From Rhizaria sp. SCN 62-66 (Eukaryota): a stretch of 64,000 nucleotides of DNA. Under the pieces are notes generated by a model, which saw nothing but the letters and a program-made list of their open reading frames with translations, searched no databases and was not told the DNA's origin. Below are positions 21,204 through 33,800 of this stretch, in pieces. Each line of letters starts with the position of its first letter. The first letter of the stretch is position 1. The stretch covers positions 1 through 64,000 of the forward strand of contig MEDY01000081.1 in the NCBI GenBank assembly GCA_001724265.1, written 5' to 3'. Position numbers and translations under genes: made by a program.

Positions 21204-21890
21204 TTTCGAAGAGCTAGGAAGGTTGGCAGGTGGCCTCAACGAAAAATACTTTCGGGTCCGCTCGGAGTCGGTCCCAGCCCGTCCGACGATTTTTGCGAAC
21301 TTCGCCCGCTTGGTTCGGCCCAACAGCTGCAAGTGTGTGTGGTGGGTCGTGATCATGTCTGTTGATTCGAATTTCGATTGGTGGTGTGTGTGTAATGGTA
21401 TTGTTATGAAAGTCTATTGTAAAACTATTAGTAATCTAATATGTGCCGTTATATTAACGCTATTAACGGCTACTGGGTGTCAGAGATATCGAAGAGCGTC
21501 GGACGCGCCCAGACAGTTCTCGCGCCAAGCACGCTCCAGTCGCAGCTCGGAGTCGGTTCCATCCACCACTGCTTCACCGTCAGTGTGAAAACGGCGCATG
21601 TCCCTGCTTGATCTACTCAGTATTGGTCCTGCTGCGTCGATCCCGTGTCTTATACCTGTATTTCCGCGTCTCTGTGTCGAGATATTCTCGTATCTGCCCC
21701 GTCCAGTGGACCCAGACTCCTCTCGGTGTTCTTTTTCCCGCGCTTACCACTCACCTTTATCATTGACGAAACACTATGATTTTCCCATAGGCACCTTCTA
21801 TTGCGCGTTAAGTTACATCTGTACCACTTGGCGTGCTTGAAATCCCTTTAACCCCTCCGTCTTTCGCGCTCTAGCAGCCCGACTGCGACC

Positions 21891-24800
21891 ATGATGCAAG
21901 GCATCATTCCCGTACGTGCACCAACTTCACTCAAGCATATCTGCATCATTCAACGTCTCATCGCAACATCCCACTACCAATGTTGTTTAAATATATCTTT
22001 TCTACTGTTTGGCTTACTTATTTTTCTTTGATACCTCGTTTGTGTTCTGTGTCCATCCTTCGCCCGCAAACAGCCGGCGGACGGCGGCGCCCGCCGGCCC
22101 CGCAAGCCCTTGCGCGCCCCCGCGTGGCACCTGCCGCCCTACGTGACCTACGGCGAACAGCTGCTCTCCGAGCTCCAGCTCGACGCGCTGGTGTACCTTT
22201 CGGACGTGGAGCTACTTGCCGTGCTGCGCAAGGTGTCCCTCTGGGCCTGGGACGTCGAGGACCCCAATGAGACCCTCCGTCCCGTTGTCACGCGGCTGCA
22301 CGCGCGCCTGAAGCAGTACGCTGTCGACAACGACCTGCTCGTCGACTGCCAGGCTGCTGTCCCCGCACCGATGACTGTTGTGGCGGCCGACGCGCTGCTG
22401 GGCGGCGACGAGGCAGGTGCGATCAGCGGCGCCAACCCCAGCCCCCCCGGTGACGCTGACTACAGCAGTAGCAGCTCCACAGCCGCTGCCGCTGTCGCTG
22501 CAGTCAGCGACGCGAGCGTGCGTCCGCGCGTGCTCTATGACCGCCCGCTTTCGCGCGCGGAGGAGCTGGAGCTCGTGCTCTCGATCCTGCGCTTCCTAGA
22601 CCTGTACGCCGAGTACTGCGAGTTCTGCAAAAAGGAGACCGACTACCACGCCATCACACTCCACCCGGGTACGCCCGCCGCCGCCGCCGCAGCGGCCGCA
22701 GCGGCCGCGAGCGCAACGGGCGGCACGGGCGGCCATGCCAGCGGCACGCTCGCGGCGGCCGCGGCCTCGGCGGCGGCGGTCGCGGCGCGAGTCGCGTCCG
22801 CGTCGGCCGGCTACGCGTCGCACAACGAGCAGGCGTCGCTGCTGCCGTTCGACAACGACGGCGACTTCGACAGCGACGATGATTATGACAGCGCTACTGG
22901 CAGTCGCCGTCGCCGTGGTGACGTCGACGACGACAGTGAGTTCTTCGACCTCAACAACAGCAACAATAGCATGCACGGTAACAACAACGCTGACGCCGAC
23001 GACAGCGACGGCGAGAGCACGGCCGAGCAGCGTCTGCGCCGCGCGCTTAGCAGCACGCGCGCGGCCCGCTTCCGCCGCTACCAGGCCGCCCGCGCCGCGC
23101 GCGGCAGCCGCCTCAGCGCAGGGCCCCGCGGTGCCGGCTCAGACGGGAGCCGGAGCACGCGGCCCGTGGTCGCGGGCGGCGCGGCGATGATGCCGCGCGC
23201 CGTGCAGAGCGGGCTGAGTCTGTACGCGGCGCTGCTCGCCGCGGACGACTTGGAGGTGGTGATCGCGACGATGAACAGCATCAACGAGGTGATAATCTCG
23301 ACCACTTGCGCCGCGGTGGACCGCCACACGGTGCTATACCACAAACTCCAGGGTTTCGCGCCCACCGTCCTCGCGCTGCACGCGCAGGGCCAGGCCGCCG
23401 CCGCCGCCGCCACAAGTCAGACCCAAGGGGCCGCGGACTCGATGTTCAGCTTCACCCCCGCCGACGCCAGCAGCAGCAACAGCAGCAGCGCGAGCGCCAA
23501 CGCCATCAGCTGCGAGCTCGCGCCTGCATGTGCGCCGCTGCTCGTGCCGACCGCCGAGGAGCTTGACGAGCACGTGAGCTTGCGGCTTACCTTTGAGTTC
23601 AACCCGGCGACCGACGTCAGCCCGTACCTGCCGCCCGTAGGCTCGGCTCCCTACGCCCTGAGCCCCGCCAGCGATACAAGCGGCTGTGGTTACTTCCGCA
23701 GCAGCGGTTGCCTGATGACCCAGCGCGCGCGCGAGAGCGCTAGCCTCAGCTGCAGCAGCGGCGCCGGCGACGCTTCGGGGGGCGTACTCGCTGAGAGCGC
23801 GCTGCTGCGGCCCCCCGCGGGCGCCGTGGTGGGCACGCACGTCTGCGCGGCCACAGGCGCTGCCGTCGCCGTCACGCTCGCGGAGTGTGTTTCTAGCCGC
23901 GATCGCGAGACGGAGACTGACAGCTCTGGTTCGAACTTGAGCTCTGCTCCCGCGAGTGATTTTGAGTCGGCTGGTGAGGCTTGGGGTTCCCACAATATGT
24001 TTCCGCCGAACCTTTTTTCGGAACTGGCCGCGCCGCACTCGCTGCCCACGGTCTCCTTCGGCACCGTGTGGGGTGCGGTGACGCACGTGCTGGCCAACGA
24101 GGCGTACATTCCTGCCGCTCTCGATCTGCCCACGGTCACCAGCAGCAGCAGCAGCAGCAGCAGCAGTCAGAACATGGGGGACGGTGAGGCGCAGCAACAA
24201 CTGTACTCGTGTCTGCGCCCCTCCTGCCCCGCGTCGGCTTCTGCCTCAGTCTCCGCATCTGGCTCTACTTCTAGCTCCAATTCCAGCTCTAGTTCCAGCT
24301 GCAGTCACCTCGCCTCAGCTGGCGAGTACTGCGGTTGCCACCTGCCTGTCCGCCGGCCCAACATGGACACGGAAGTGCCGCAAATCGCGCAGTTCCGCGC
24401 CTTCTCCCTTGCCCGCCAACGCCAGATGCAGCGCTACGGCGCCAACATGCCCGCCGTGGCCCCCGCGCTGCGCAGTGCACAGTGGCGACACTGCCACCCG
24501 CCGCGGGATCTACGTACCCCCTTAGACGGCGCGGGCGAGCAAGGGTGGGCGTACTCGGCGACTCTCCCCGCGGCGATGACCATTGTCGGCAGCCACGGCA
24601 GCATTGCCCCTGGGCTTGGTCTTGGCTACACTCAGCCGAGCAATAGCAAGACGAATGCCATGTACAGTAGCTCCGGCTCCAGCTCCAGGTCAAGCGCAAG
24701 TGCGAGTATGAGTGCTCCCAGTGCTAGTGGGTACTGCCATGTCGACGGCGACCCCCTCGCCCGCTGGGAAGCCTCCGCCGCCCGTGTCCCGCTCTCTAGT

Positions 24801-27800
24801 AACAACAACAGCCCTGCCAACAGCAGTCCCCACGGCGAGGCCTCGATCGTGAGCGGCCTCGTGACCGGCGCCGAGCCCGCGGCCGCGGCCGCGACAGTGG
24901 GCGCGGTGCCGTACCCGTACTGCCCGCCCGCCGCCGACGGCGGCTGCGAACTGCCTTGGTCCCACTGGCGGCTCGACCTGCCGTGGCAGTCGATGGTCGT
25001 GCCCGTCGCCGGCACCGCCTGCGCGTGCGCGCACTGCCTCGCGACCGAGAAGCCCCTCACGCCCGAGCACCCTTACATCGCGTCTAAGTGCCCCGCGGAT
25101 GGCGACGCGTGCGCGCAGAGCGGGAACACGCAGCACATCCACTACCGCCCGCTGACAACTGCGTACCTCGCGGCCCGCGTGTGCGTGTTGCTCTCGCTGC
25201 CCCGCGCGTACGTGTCGCAGCTGGCGCTCTTCATCCGCCACGGCTTCCGCCTTTGGTCGCAGGCGGCGCGCGTCGAGGCGCTGCAGGCCACGCTGCGCTC
25301 TGTGCTGTTGTTGTCCTTTACGGCCACGGCGCGCGAGCGCCTGCTGACTTTCTGCGCGCGCTCGCCGGGCGTCTCGCTGCCCAAGGCCGCAGTGCTGCTG
25401 CTGCAGGCGTGCGCAGCGTCGCCCGCGCTCACGCCCTACAACGACCAGGGCGACGCGCTCGTCGCCGCCATGCGTGCCGGCGGCGGCGCATACCCTTCCA
25501 AGGCCAAGGCGGCCGCGGCTGCGGACGCCAGGGCCAAGGCGGAAAGCAAGAACGGCGCCGCGAGCAAGAGCAAGAGCTCCGGCCCCGCTGGCTCAGCGGC
25601 GAGTGAGGCCGGTGCGCCGGTGCCGATGCCGCCGCCGTACGTGCCGCTTGCGGTCGTTCTACTCGCGGTGCCTGTGGTCGAGGTGCTGACCGACTCGAAG
25701 CGCGCGCTGGCGGAGTTTAAGTCGCTGGGGCTGTACCACAACGGCCTCATCCACACCATTTTGCGCGACGCCGTGACCGGGCTGCTGCGGCTGTCTCAGG
25801 ACACGCCCGCCGCGCCCCTCGCCCTCACTGATCTCGCTGCCACCGCCTCCGACTCTGAAAGCAACGCTGCTAGTAGTGAGCTCCTGAGTGAGAATGAGCG
25901 TCTAATTAAGCGGCGGCAGCAGCAGCGCCACAACCAGAACCTCACCGTGGCCGCTGAGTGCACCGCTCTTGGCGACGGCTACAGTGTGTTTACACCGAGT
26001 CTCCTCGACATGCTGCCGGCATCGTACGCCAATGACGCGCACACCGGTATGAAGCGTCTCAATGCCGACGCGTTGTGTCAGTACGATGCGGACACTAGTC
26101 TGTTGTACCCTAAAACAAACAACAGCAGCACCGCTAGCACTTCCACTGAGAGCGTTGTCATCGAGATCGACACCGACAACAGCACGAGCGGCTCCGCCAG
26201 CAGTGGCGGCGCGTCTGCTACCAACTTTACGGTCCCCGCGCACTACCTGACCGCGCCGCCGCCGCTGCCGTGCTTTGTGCCCAGCGACGCGCTGCCGCGC
26301 GGCTGCACGGGCTACGTGCTCAACGACCTCTCTTTCTCGCCCGCGCGCGTCACGCCCACGGCCGCGGCCACGGCGTTCCCCGCGTCGCCCGCCGCGCTCG
26401 CCGCCGCGGCCGCCGCGCTGCCCTTCCCCGTCGCCGCGTCGGGCGCCGTCGCCGCCGTCAACAGCAACAGCGCGTTGTTCCCCTACCTGGCTACGGTGCC
26501 GGTGCCCCACCGCTGCGCCGCGCAGCCTGGCGTGTTCGGCCCCACAGCCACCGCGTCCTCGCCTTTCCTCCCGCGCCCCCTGCCCGCACACATCGGCGCC
26601 CACTTCCCCGCGACAGCGAACGCCTCTGCGGCGGCCAGCGGGTCCGCGGCGGCCGAGCTGCCGCCCGCGCTGGTGCTCGCGTCCTGCTGGCCCGCTGCGC
26701 CCGTGCATACGCAGTGCAGCGCCGAGATGGAGCAGAGCGTGCTCGTGACCTCGCTGCTGTGTCTGCTGCAGCGCTCGCTGCCGCACCTGCACGCCTACGC
26801 CGTGGACACGGTCAGCGAGCTCTTGCGCATCGTCGGCAAGGTCGACGCGACAGCTGCGGACGACGCTAACGGCGCGGGCAACAGCGCCATTGCCGGCGCC
26901 GGATCCAGCAGCAACAACGCCGCAGTGACGGCTGCTGCCATCGGTCGCAATGCGACGAGCAACAGCAGCAACAACCGCGCCAACGTCGAAGTCACGGCCG
27001 AGCGCGTGTCGATCCGGTCCGTCTCGGTGGTGATCAAGGCCTCGCAGCTGCTGCAGGACGCGATCCACGAGTCGCGGAGCGCGATGAAGGCCTTTACGCA
27101 GCAGGGCGGGCTCGAGGTCGCCATCCTCAAGCTTGCGCAGACCATGCGGCTCAAGCCCCCGTCCGCCGCGCTCGTAGCCGCGGCCGCCGCGGCGGGCCAG
27201 CGTGTGCCCGCGCTGGTGTTCTCGGGCGAGAGCGACGCGGACCGCCCCGGCTGCTTCGTCAACACGACGTACAACATGCTGCTGGCGTCGTTGCCGCCGC
27301 TGGGCGTCGCCGCGCCGCGGTTCCACGAGCGCAACGTGATGGCGACGCGCGTGGCCGCGGCCCACTACGCACAGTACACGCGCCAGGCCCGCCAGCACTA
27401 CGGCGATACCGCTAGCACTGGCTCTGCTGTGGGTGAGAGCTCTGAGGCCGAGACTGTGACGATGAACGCGCTGAGCGCTCTGGCTGCTGATATCGCTCCT
27501 CGCAGCACGGCCGCGATGAACGCCAGCAGCAGTAATGTCGCTGGCTCTGCGATGCTCAGTCCGATGAGTTGCACTGTTAGCATGCCTGCGAGTGTGAACG
27601 TAAGCACCAACGCCACGCCGGCGCTCACTCCCTCCGTCTCCGCCGCCATTCTTGCCAGCGACGACGCTACAAGCAACAACGCGACCGAGTCGAGCTCGCC
27701 CTGCTCTCCTGCCGGTGCGAGTGCAAGTGCCAGCAGTCTGTTCGTGCTGCCAAAGTCGCGCGCCGGTGGCAGCTCGCCGCACGGCACGCTCGTTGTCTCC

Positions 27801-30800
27801 AGTGGCGACATTCAGCTCCTTGTGTGCGATCTGCTCTCGCTGGTGCAAGGGTATTTTCTGCTCGCCTCGCGCCCCGTGCGGTCGCCGCTCATGACCAACG
27901 GCGTCATCCCCGCCGTGCTCGCCGCCGTCATGCGCGGCGCCACAGCGCCCGACTGGGCGCTCGGCAGCCGGCGCCGCGCCGTGACACTCACTGCGGCGCC
28001 CCATGGCAGCGTCTCTGCTGCAAGTAGCGTGGTGGCGAAGGCCGGGCCGCAGGCGCAGTTCCCGCTCTCTCTGGTCGGAACGACGTTCTTTGACCCTTTC
28101 TCTATCCTCCCCGGCATCGCTAGCTCGAGCACGTCTGGCAACAACAACACCGACCCGGAGTCGAGCACGAGTTCCAGTGCGAGCACCGCGGCCAGCGAGG
28201 ACTCGGAGGAGTCTAAGCGTGTCTCTGATGACTGGGACGTGCTGCTGGCAGCGCGCGCCGCTGAGAAGCTGTTCGTGTCTCCTGACCACGTCGCCGAGGC
28301 CGTCACTGCCACTGTCAACACGTCCTTTGCGCACGCGTTCGGTCCCTTCCTGGAGCTGATCACCCCTGGCTCTCGCAAGACCAGCGCTATGTGTGACGGT
28401 GATAGCCGTGACAAGGCGTGGGGTCCTGCGACCCTCGACGAGCGCAAGGCCGTCATCTCGTGCCTCTACACCCAGCTGCACGGTCTGAGTCCCACCTCGA
28501 ACGATCTTGCCTCGAACAAGAGCGCTTCCAGCTCTACCGCTAGTGCGAGTGTGAGTGTGAGTGAGAACGTGACGCTGCCGTCGGCGTGGCTGCAGCGTCA
28601 GCGCGACCTCCGTCGCTCTCGCCAGCCCCCTGTGTACTTGCCATACGCCACCAACAGCACTGTGAGCAACAACGACACCGAGTCGTCACACTCTGATATT
28701 GACCTCTGGCACCAGTACCAGCGGTTCCTCTCCCGCGTCCCGAGCGGCCTGTTGTCGGGCTGGGGTACCGACGCCTTCCTGATGGCGTGCGAGGCCGCGC
28801 TGGCCATTTCGCAGAACAACCCTTCGGTGATCCGCAACATCTGCGAGGGCGGGGTCTTCGACGCCGCGCTGGGCGGGGTCGCGCCCGCGATGCTCTGCAA
28901 GGACGGCGACTACCGCCACTTGCCCGAGATGCTGCGCGTGTTTTCGCTGTTCAAGCCTGCGCTAGCGGCGATCCACACGGCGCCCGCGCTCGCGATCGCG
29001 CTGAGCCACTACAGCAACCACCACGACGTGCCTTACCTGCTTTCGTTCCGCAACAACCCCTCGCGGTTTAACGCCAACCCGTACCACCACGCCTTCGCCT
29101 CTGGCATGTGCGAGCTGCACCGCCAGTTTCCGTCGGTCTGGGCCGCGCTATACCGGCCCGCGCTCGCCGCGCTTGCCGACGCGCTGCTCAAGCAAGTCTT
29201 TGTGCTTGAGAACGCCGTCGCCGCCACCGCACCGTGGCTCCGCAGCCAGGTCCGCAGCGCGCGCCGCTTCAGCCCCGCGGCCGTGGCGGCCTCGGCGCTG
29301 CTTGCCAGCGAGGACCTGCGGGTCGCTCCCGACGCCGCGCTGGCCCAGGACATCGCCCGCAAGCTGCGCGCGTACATCCAGGGCGAGACGAACTCGGACA
29401 GCAGTAGCAGCGCGAGCGACAGCGTGACTGAGGCCGGCGCTGTGACGATTTCATTAGCCGAGATTGAGGCCCAGACGCGGTCGCTCGAGATCAACATCAA
29501 CATGTGCGTCAACCTCCTCCGCAAGGTCTTCAACACTCCCGACGTCAACCCCCCGACGTCAGCGACGAACAACAACGCCACCAGCAGCACCGCGAGCGCC
29601 AGCCGGTTCCCCGGCCGCCGCGCGCTGCTGGTCCAGCTCTACACCCTGACCGCGGTTGCGTCATCGTCAGTCGCGCTCGCCCAGGGCGCGCCCGTGCGCG
29701 TCGCACCGCCCGCGACGCCGATTGCCGTGCTGCTCGCGCTGCCCGCGCTGCCGGGCTTCCCGCTGCTGCGCACGAGCGCGCGCCTGCCGTGCGCGACGCT
29801 GCAGTCGCCGCTCGACCACTCGCGCCCGCTCTCGCACCGCGCGCTGCTGCGGCAGACCACGACGCAGCGCACGCGCAACAACACGCTGCGCCTGCAGTCG
29901 CGGACGGGGCTCGTCCCCGACAGCACCTCGGGCACATCGATGCCGACGCTGCGCACGCTGGTGCACATCATCCCCACGGGGCTCCGCTTCCAGCTTCAGC
30001 ACAAGCGCCTGTCGATGCTATTTGACGCGATTCTTAACTCAGAGCGCTGGGACAGCGAGTTCCTGTCGCTGCCGTCGCAGTGGGGGCGCGCGCTCGGTGC
30101 GATCAACCCCGCCGCGCTGGCGGCGTCCGTCGCCGCCACCAGTCGGCAGCAGTACGAGTCGCTGTTGCACCCGGCCGCCAGGACGGGCGTGTTTGCGACA
30201 CTGGCGCAGCAGAACGCCACTGCGGCCACCGATAGCAGCGTTGCAGGCGCCGTCCCAGGGCTTGTTCCTGTGCTGAACACGAACAACAGTGGCGGCGGCA
30301 AGGATCTCTGGCAGCTCCCGTCTGCTCCCGGCGTCTCTGTGCCTGCCGCCGAGGCCGTGGCGGGGTACCTGCCCGCGAGCCCGATGTACCTGGATTGCGC
30401 GCACCCGCTCCAGGCCGACTTCGCGACCAACGCCAACGTCACGGCTCTGCTCGCGGACGTGGCGTTGTGTCAGCAGCTCGCCGCCATGGTCGACACGCCC
30501 GCGGTCCGCGCGCTCTCGGCCGCGATGCCGCACGTCGTGGAGCCCTGCACCGTGGTCCTGCACCGGGTGCTGTGGACGCGCGCAGCCGTTGCAGCCATGT
30601 CTGCGCACTGCGACCTCATGCTGCGCAGCTATGAGTGCAGCCGTGAGGACTACGAGAAGGCCAACGCGGTGGACATCATTGTTGACGGCAACAACGCACT
30701 CAATGTGAAGACTGGCGAAAGTTCTGCCACCAACGCCTCGTCTTCCAGCGTTAGCGCGACACTTGACTCTGTCGCCACCCTGCCTCGCGACCACAGTGCG

Positions 30801-33800
30801 CAGTCGTTCCGCTTCACTCTGGACCTGCAGTTCCGCGAGTACTGTTCCCACTGGCTCACCTGGCTCACGTCCCTCGAGCACTCTCTGGAGCTTGTCACGG
30901 GTGCGCTCACCTCGTTCGTCTCGATGCTGCCCTCCACGGCGACGCCGAACCGCCGCGCGCACGTGTCCCCGCTCGAGACCACGCTGGGCATCGAGCCTGC
31001 GGGCGCGCTGCCGCCCAGCGAGGTCTTCGACCACGTTGCGCGGCTCGGCGCGGCTGCGCTGCACCGCATGCTCGCCCCCGTCACGCCCTACAGCCGGCCC
31101 GCGACGGCCGATGACGCCGCCGTGCTGTGTGTCGGTGACGGGGCGGACTGCAGCAAGAACGTGTTCGCCGCCGCCGTCATCACTCCTGACAGCGATGACG
31201 ATAGCATTGGTGCGAGTGATGGGCAAAAGATGCCCAACGATGTCCTGTTCGCGCTGCCCTTCGGTGGCCAAAGGGGTCCGGTTGATGGCAGTCATGCTGA
31301 TTGGCTCGCTAGCCAGATCAAATCGATCGTTACCAACTCTGATAACAAGACGAGCTCCTGCTGCAAAAGCGGCAACAAGGCGAGGTGCAACGGTAAAGCC
31401 GTGTCTATGACCGACGACACAATCGACAGTGACATCGCTGCTGGCCCTGTGCTGCTGAGCGTCATGGAGCTTCCCGGTGCGAGCCCCTCGGTGCTCCACG
31501 GCGCCGTGCTGCCCGACGGCTCGTTCCCCTTCGTCAAGTCGCGCTTTGTCGACGACATGTGGCAGCGGTTCCTCTCCAACAAGTCCGCTGGCAGCGCGGG
31601 TGGCGCGCCGGCCACGGAGACCGAGGTCCCGCCGCTGTTCTCCCGCACGTCCTGCGCCGACACCCCGGCCCCGATGAACGTCTTCTCGGCACTCGCGTAT
31701 CTCCGCAGCGTGCTGCTTCAAGCCCAGGCCATCGCCGTCGCCACGGAGCCGCCCCCGCCGGTGGTCTACAGCCGCCGCGCGCCGTCGCCCGCCGCCGCGG
31801 CCGCGACCGCGATCGCGCCCGCGCGCCCTCCGCGCCGCCCGCTGGACTACTTCAACGAGCTGGGCGGCGTCGAGATGCTCTCGGCCGTCTTCGGATGGGC
31901 GCTGCACTCGCGTATCGCGCTCTCGCAGTCGCTCTCGGACCGCGTGGCGACGGAAGTCAAGCCGCGCCGCATGCTAAGCCGCCGCCCGGAGCACTACTGG
32001 CCGTTCATGGCCTCTGCGGCGCCGTACGCGACGGTGGACTGGCTGGCACTCGAGCTGGGCCTCGATCGCCACATGACCGCATCGCGGCTGCGGCGCCAGT
32101 TGGACTCCATCCTGGAGGTGTTCACCGTACTTGCGAGTGCGATGCGCGGCGAAGACAAGCCGCAGTCGGCCGCGGCTGCTTCTGCTGCTGCTGCGGCGGC
32201 CAACGGGTCGCCGCAAGGCGCACCGGACAACAACAAGGAAAACGATGCTGCTGACGGTGGCAGTGCCAATGCCGGGCCGTCGGTGTCCCCGGCTGCGGCT
32301 GTGGAGGGAGTGGGCAAGATGCAGAATCGCACGGCACTCTTCGTCAAGTACGATATCGCGAACGTTCAGCAAGCGTGCACCGCGAACAAGACTAGCACTG
32401 CAGGAGACTACTCCGCAAAGCCCGTCGACATGTGCGACTTCGGCGTCACCGCGCTTCCCCTCTCCGCAAGCGCGAGTGCGTGCTCGAGCTCCCGCTCTCT
32501 CTCCGCGCAGGTCTCCGCGCTGGGCCCGTCCCCGTCGAGCGAGCTCGCCTCCTCCGCCGTCGTCGCGTCCTGGTTCGCTGTCCCCGCGCCCGACGCGCCC
32601 ACGAGCTTCACGCCAGTGCGCCCGCGGCTGCTGCCCCGCGCGCCGGCCCCCGCGCTGGCGTACACCAGGCTCATGACCGGCTGGGTTAAGGACAAGAACG
32701 CGCTGCAAACCGCCATCAACGACCTCCAGTCACAGTCGCAGTCGCCGTCGCCGCCGCGGCTTGACTCTGACGCGGTGTCGATCACGCCAAACGACGACAA
32801 GACAGAGACCGCTGATGCTCTGCCCGAGCGTGTGCGCGAGTACACGGCTGAGAACGCGATCCCCGCGCCCAGCAGCGAAGACCTTGCTCTGCTCGCCACC
32901 GCGAGCCGCGGCATCGACTCGTTCGTCACGGCCGGGCTGTGCTACACTCGCTACGGGTGCTACGACCAGCGCCGGTGCTTTTACCCGCCGTCGCGCGCCA
33001 CTATTGTGCAGCATGTCGTCGGCTGGATGTGGCCGGACTCGGTTGATATTGCGCTCACGTTGCGCAACACGCGCAAGAACGGCATGTTCGCCTCCAACCT
33101 GAACCTTCCGAACAAGAGTATGGCTGCTGCCCCTGCAGACGCGACGATTCCCGCGTGTGTGCAGGCGCTGCGCATGCCCAACGGCGCCCCCGCGCCCGCG
33201 ATCTACGTGGCGCAGACGCTGCCGATGGGCTTCCTCACGACAATGATCGCCCTCGCGCAGACCGTCTCGGCCCCGGCCTCGGCGCCCGTGCCGGAGTCGT
33301 GGCCGCTCAAGCTCGCGCCGCACGGCCTCCTTGCCCTCTCGTGCGCGGGCGGCTTTGCTGCCGGAGCGATCACTTCGCAGCAGCAGCAACAGCAGCAGCA
33401 GGCGCTGCGCGAACTCAGCGAGAGCCCAAGCCTGAGCGCTGTCTCCCCGCTCCTGTCCACGGACACGATCTCCTACGCCTTCGCCGAGCACGTCTCTGCG
33501 TCCCCCGCGCTGCGCATGCTCGCCGTGCTGCCCACGGGCGCGCGCACGCAGCCTGTGCTCGCGGTCGCCGACACCGCAATGGGCCCGCTCGCCGCGCGGC
33601 TGGGCACCGAGGCCGACTCGTTCGCGCTCGCCGACGCGCAGTACGCCGCCGCTGAGTGGGCGCGCCTGCAGCGTTGGGTCGCCTTCAAGCTCATGGCGTC
33701 GCTCAAGCCTTCTCGCAACAACACGAACGACAAGGCGGACGCCAACAAGAAGCGTGAGCATGAGGCCAGTTGTGATGATGACGAGTTTGTCGGGACTGAT

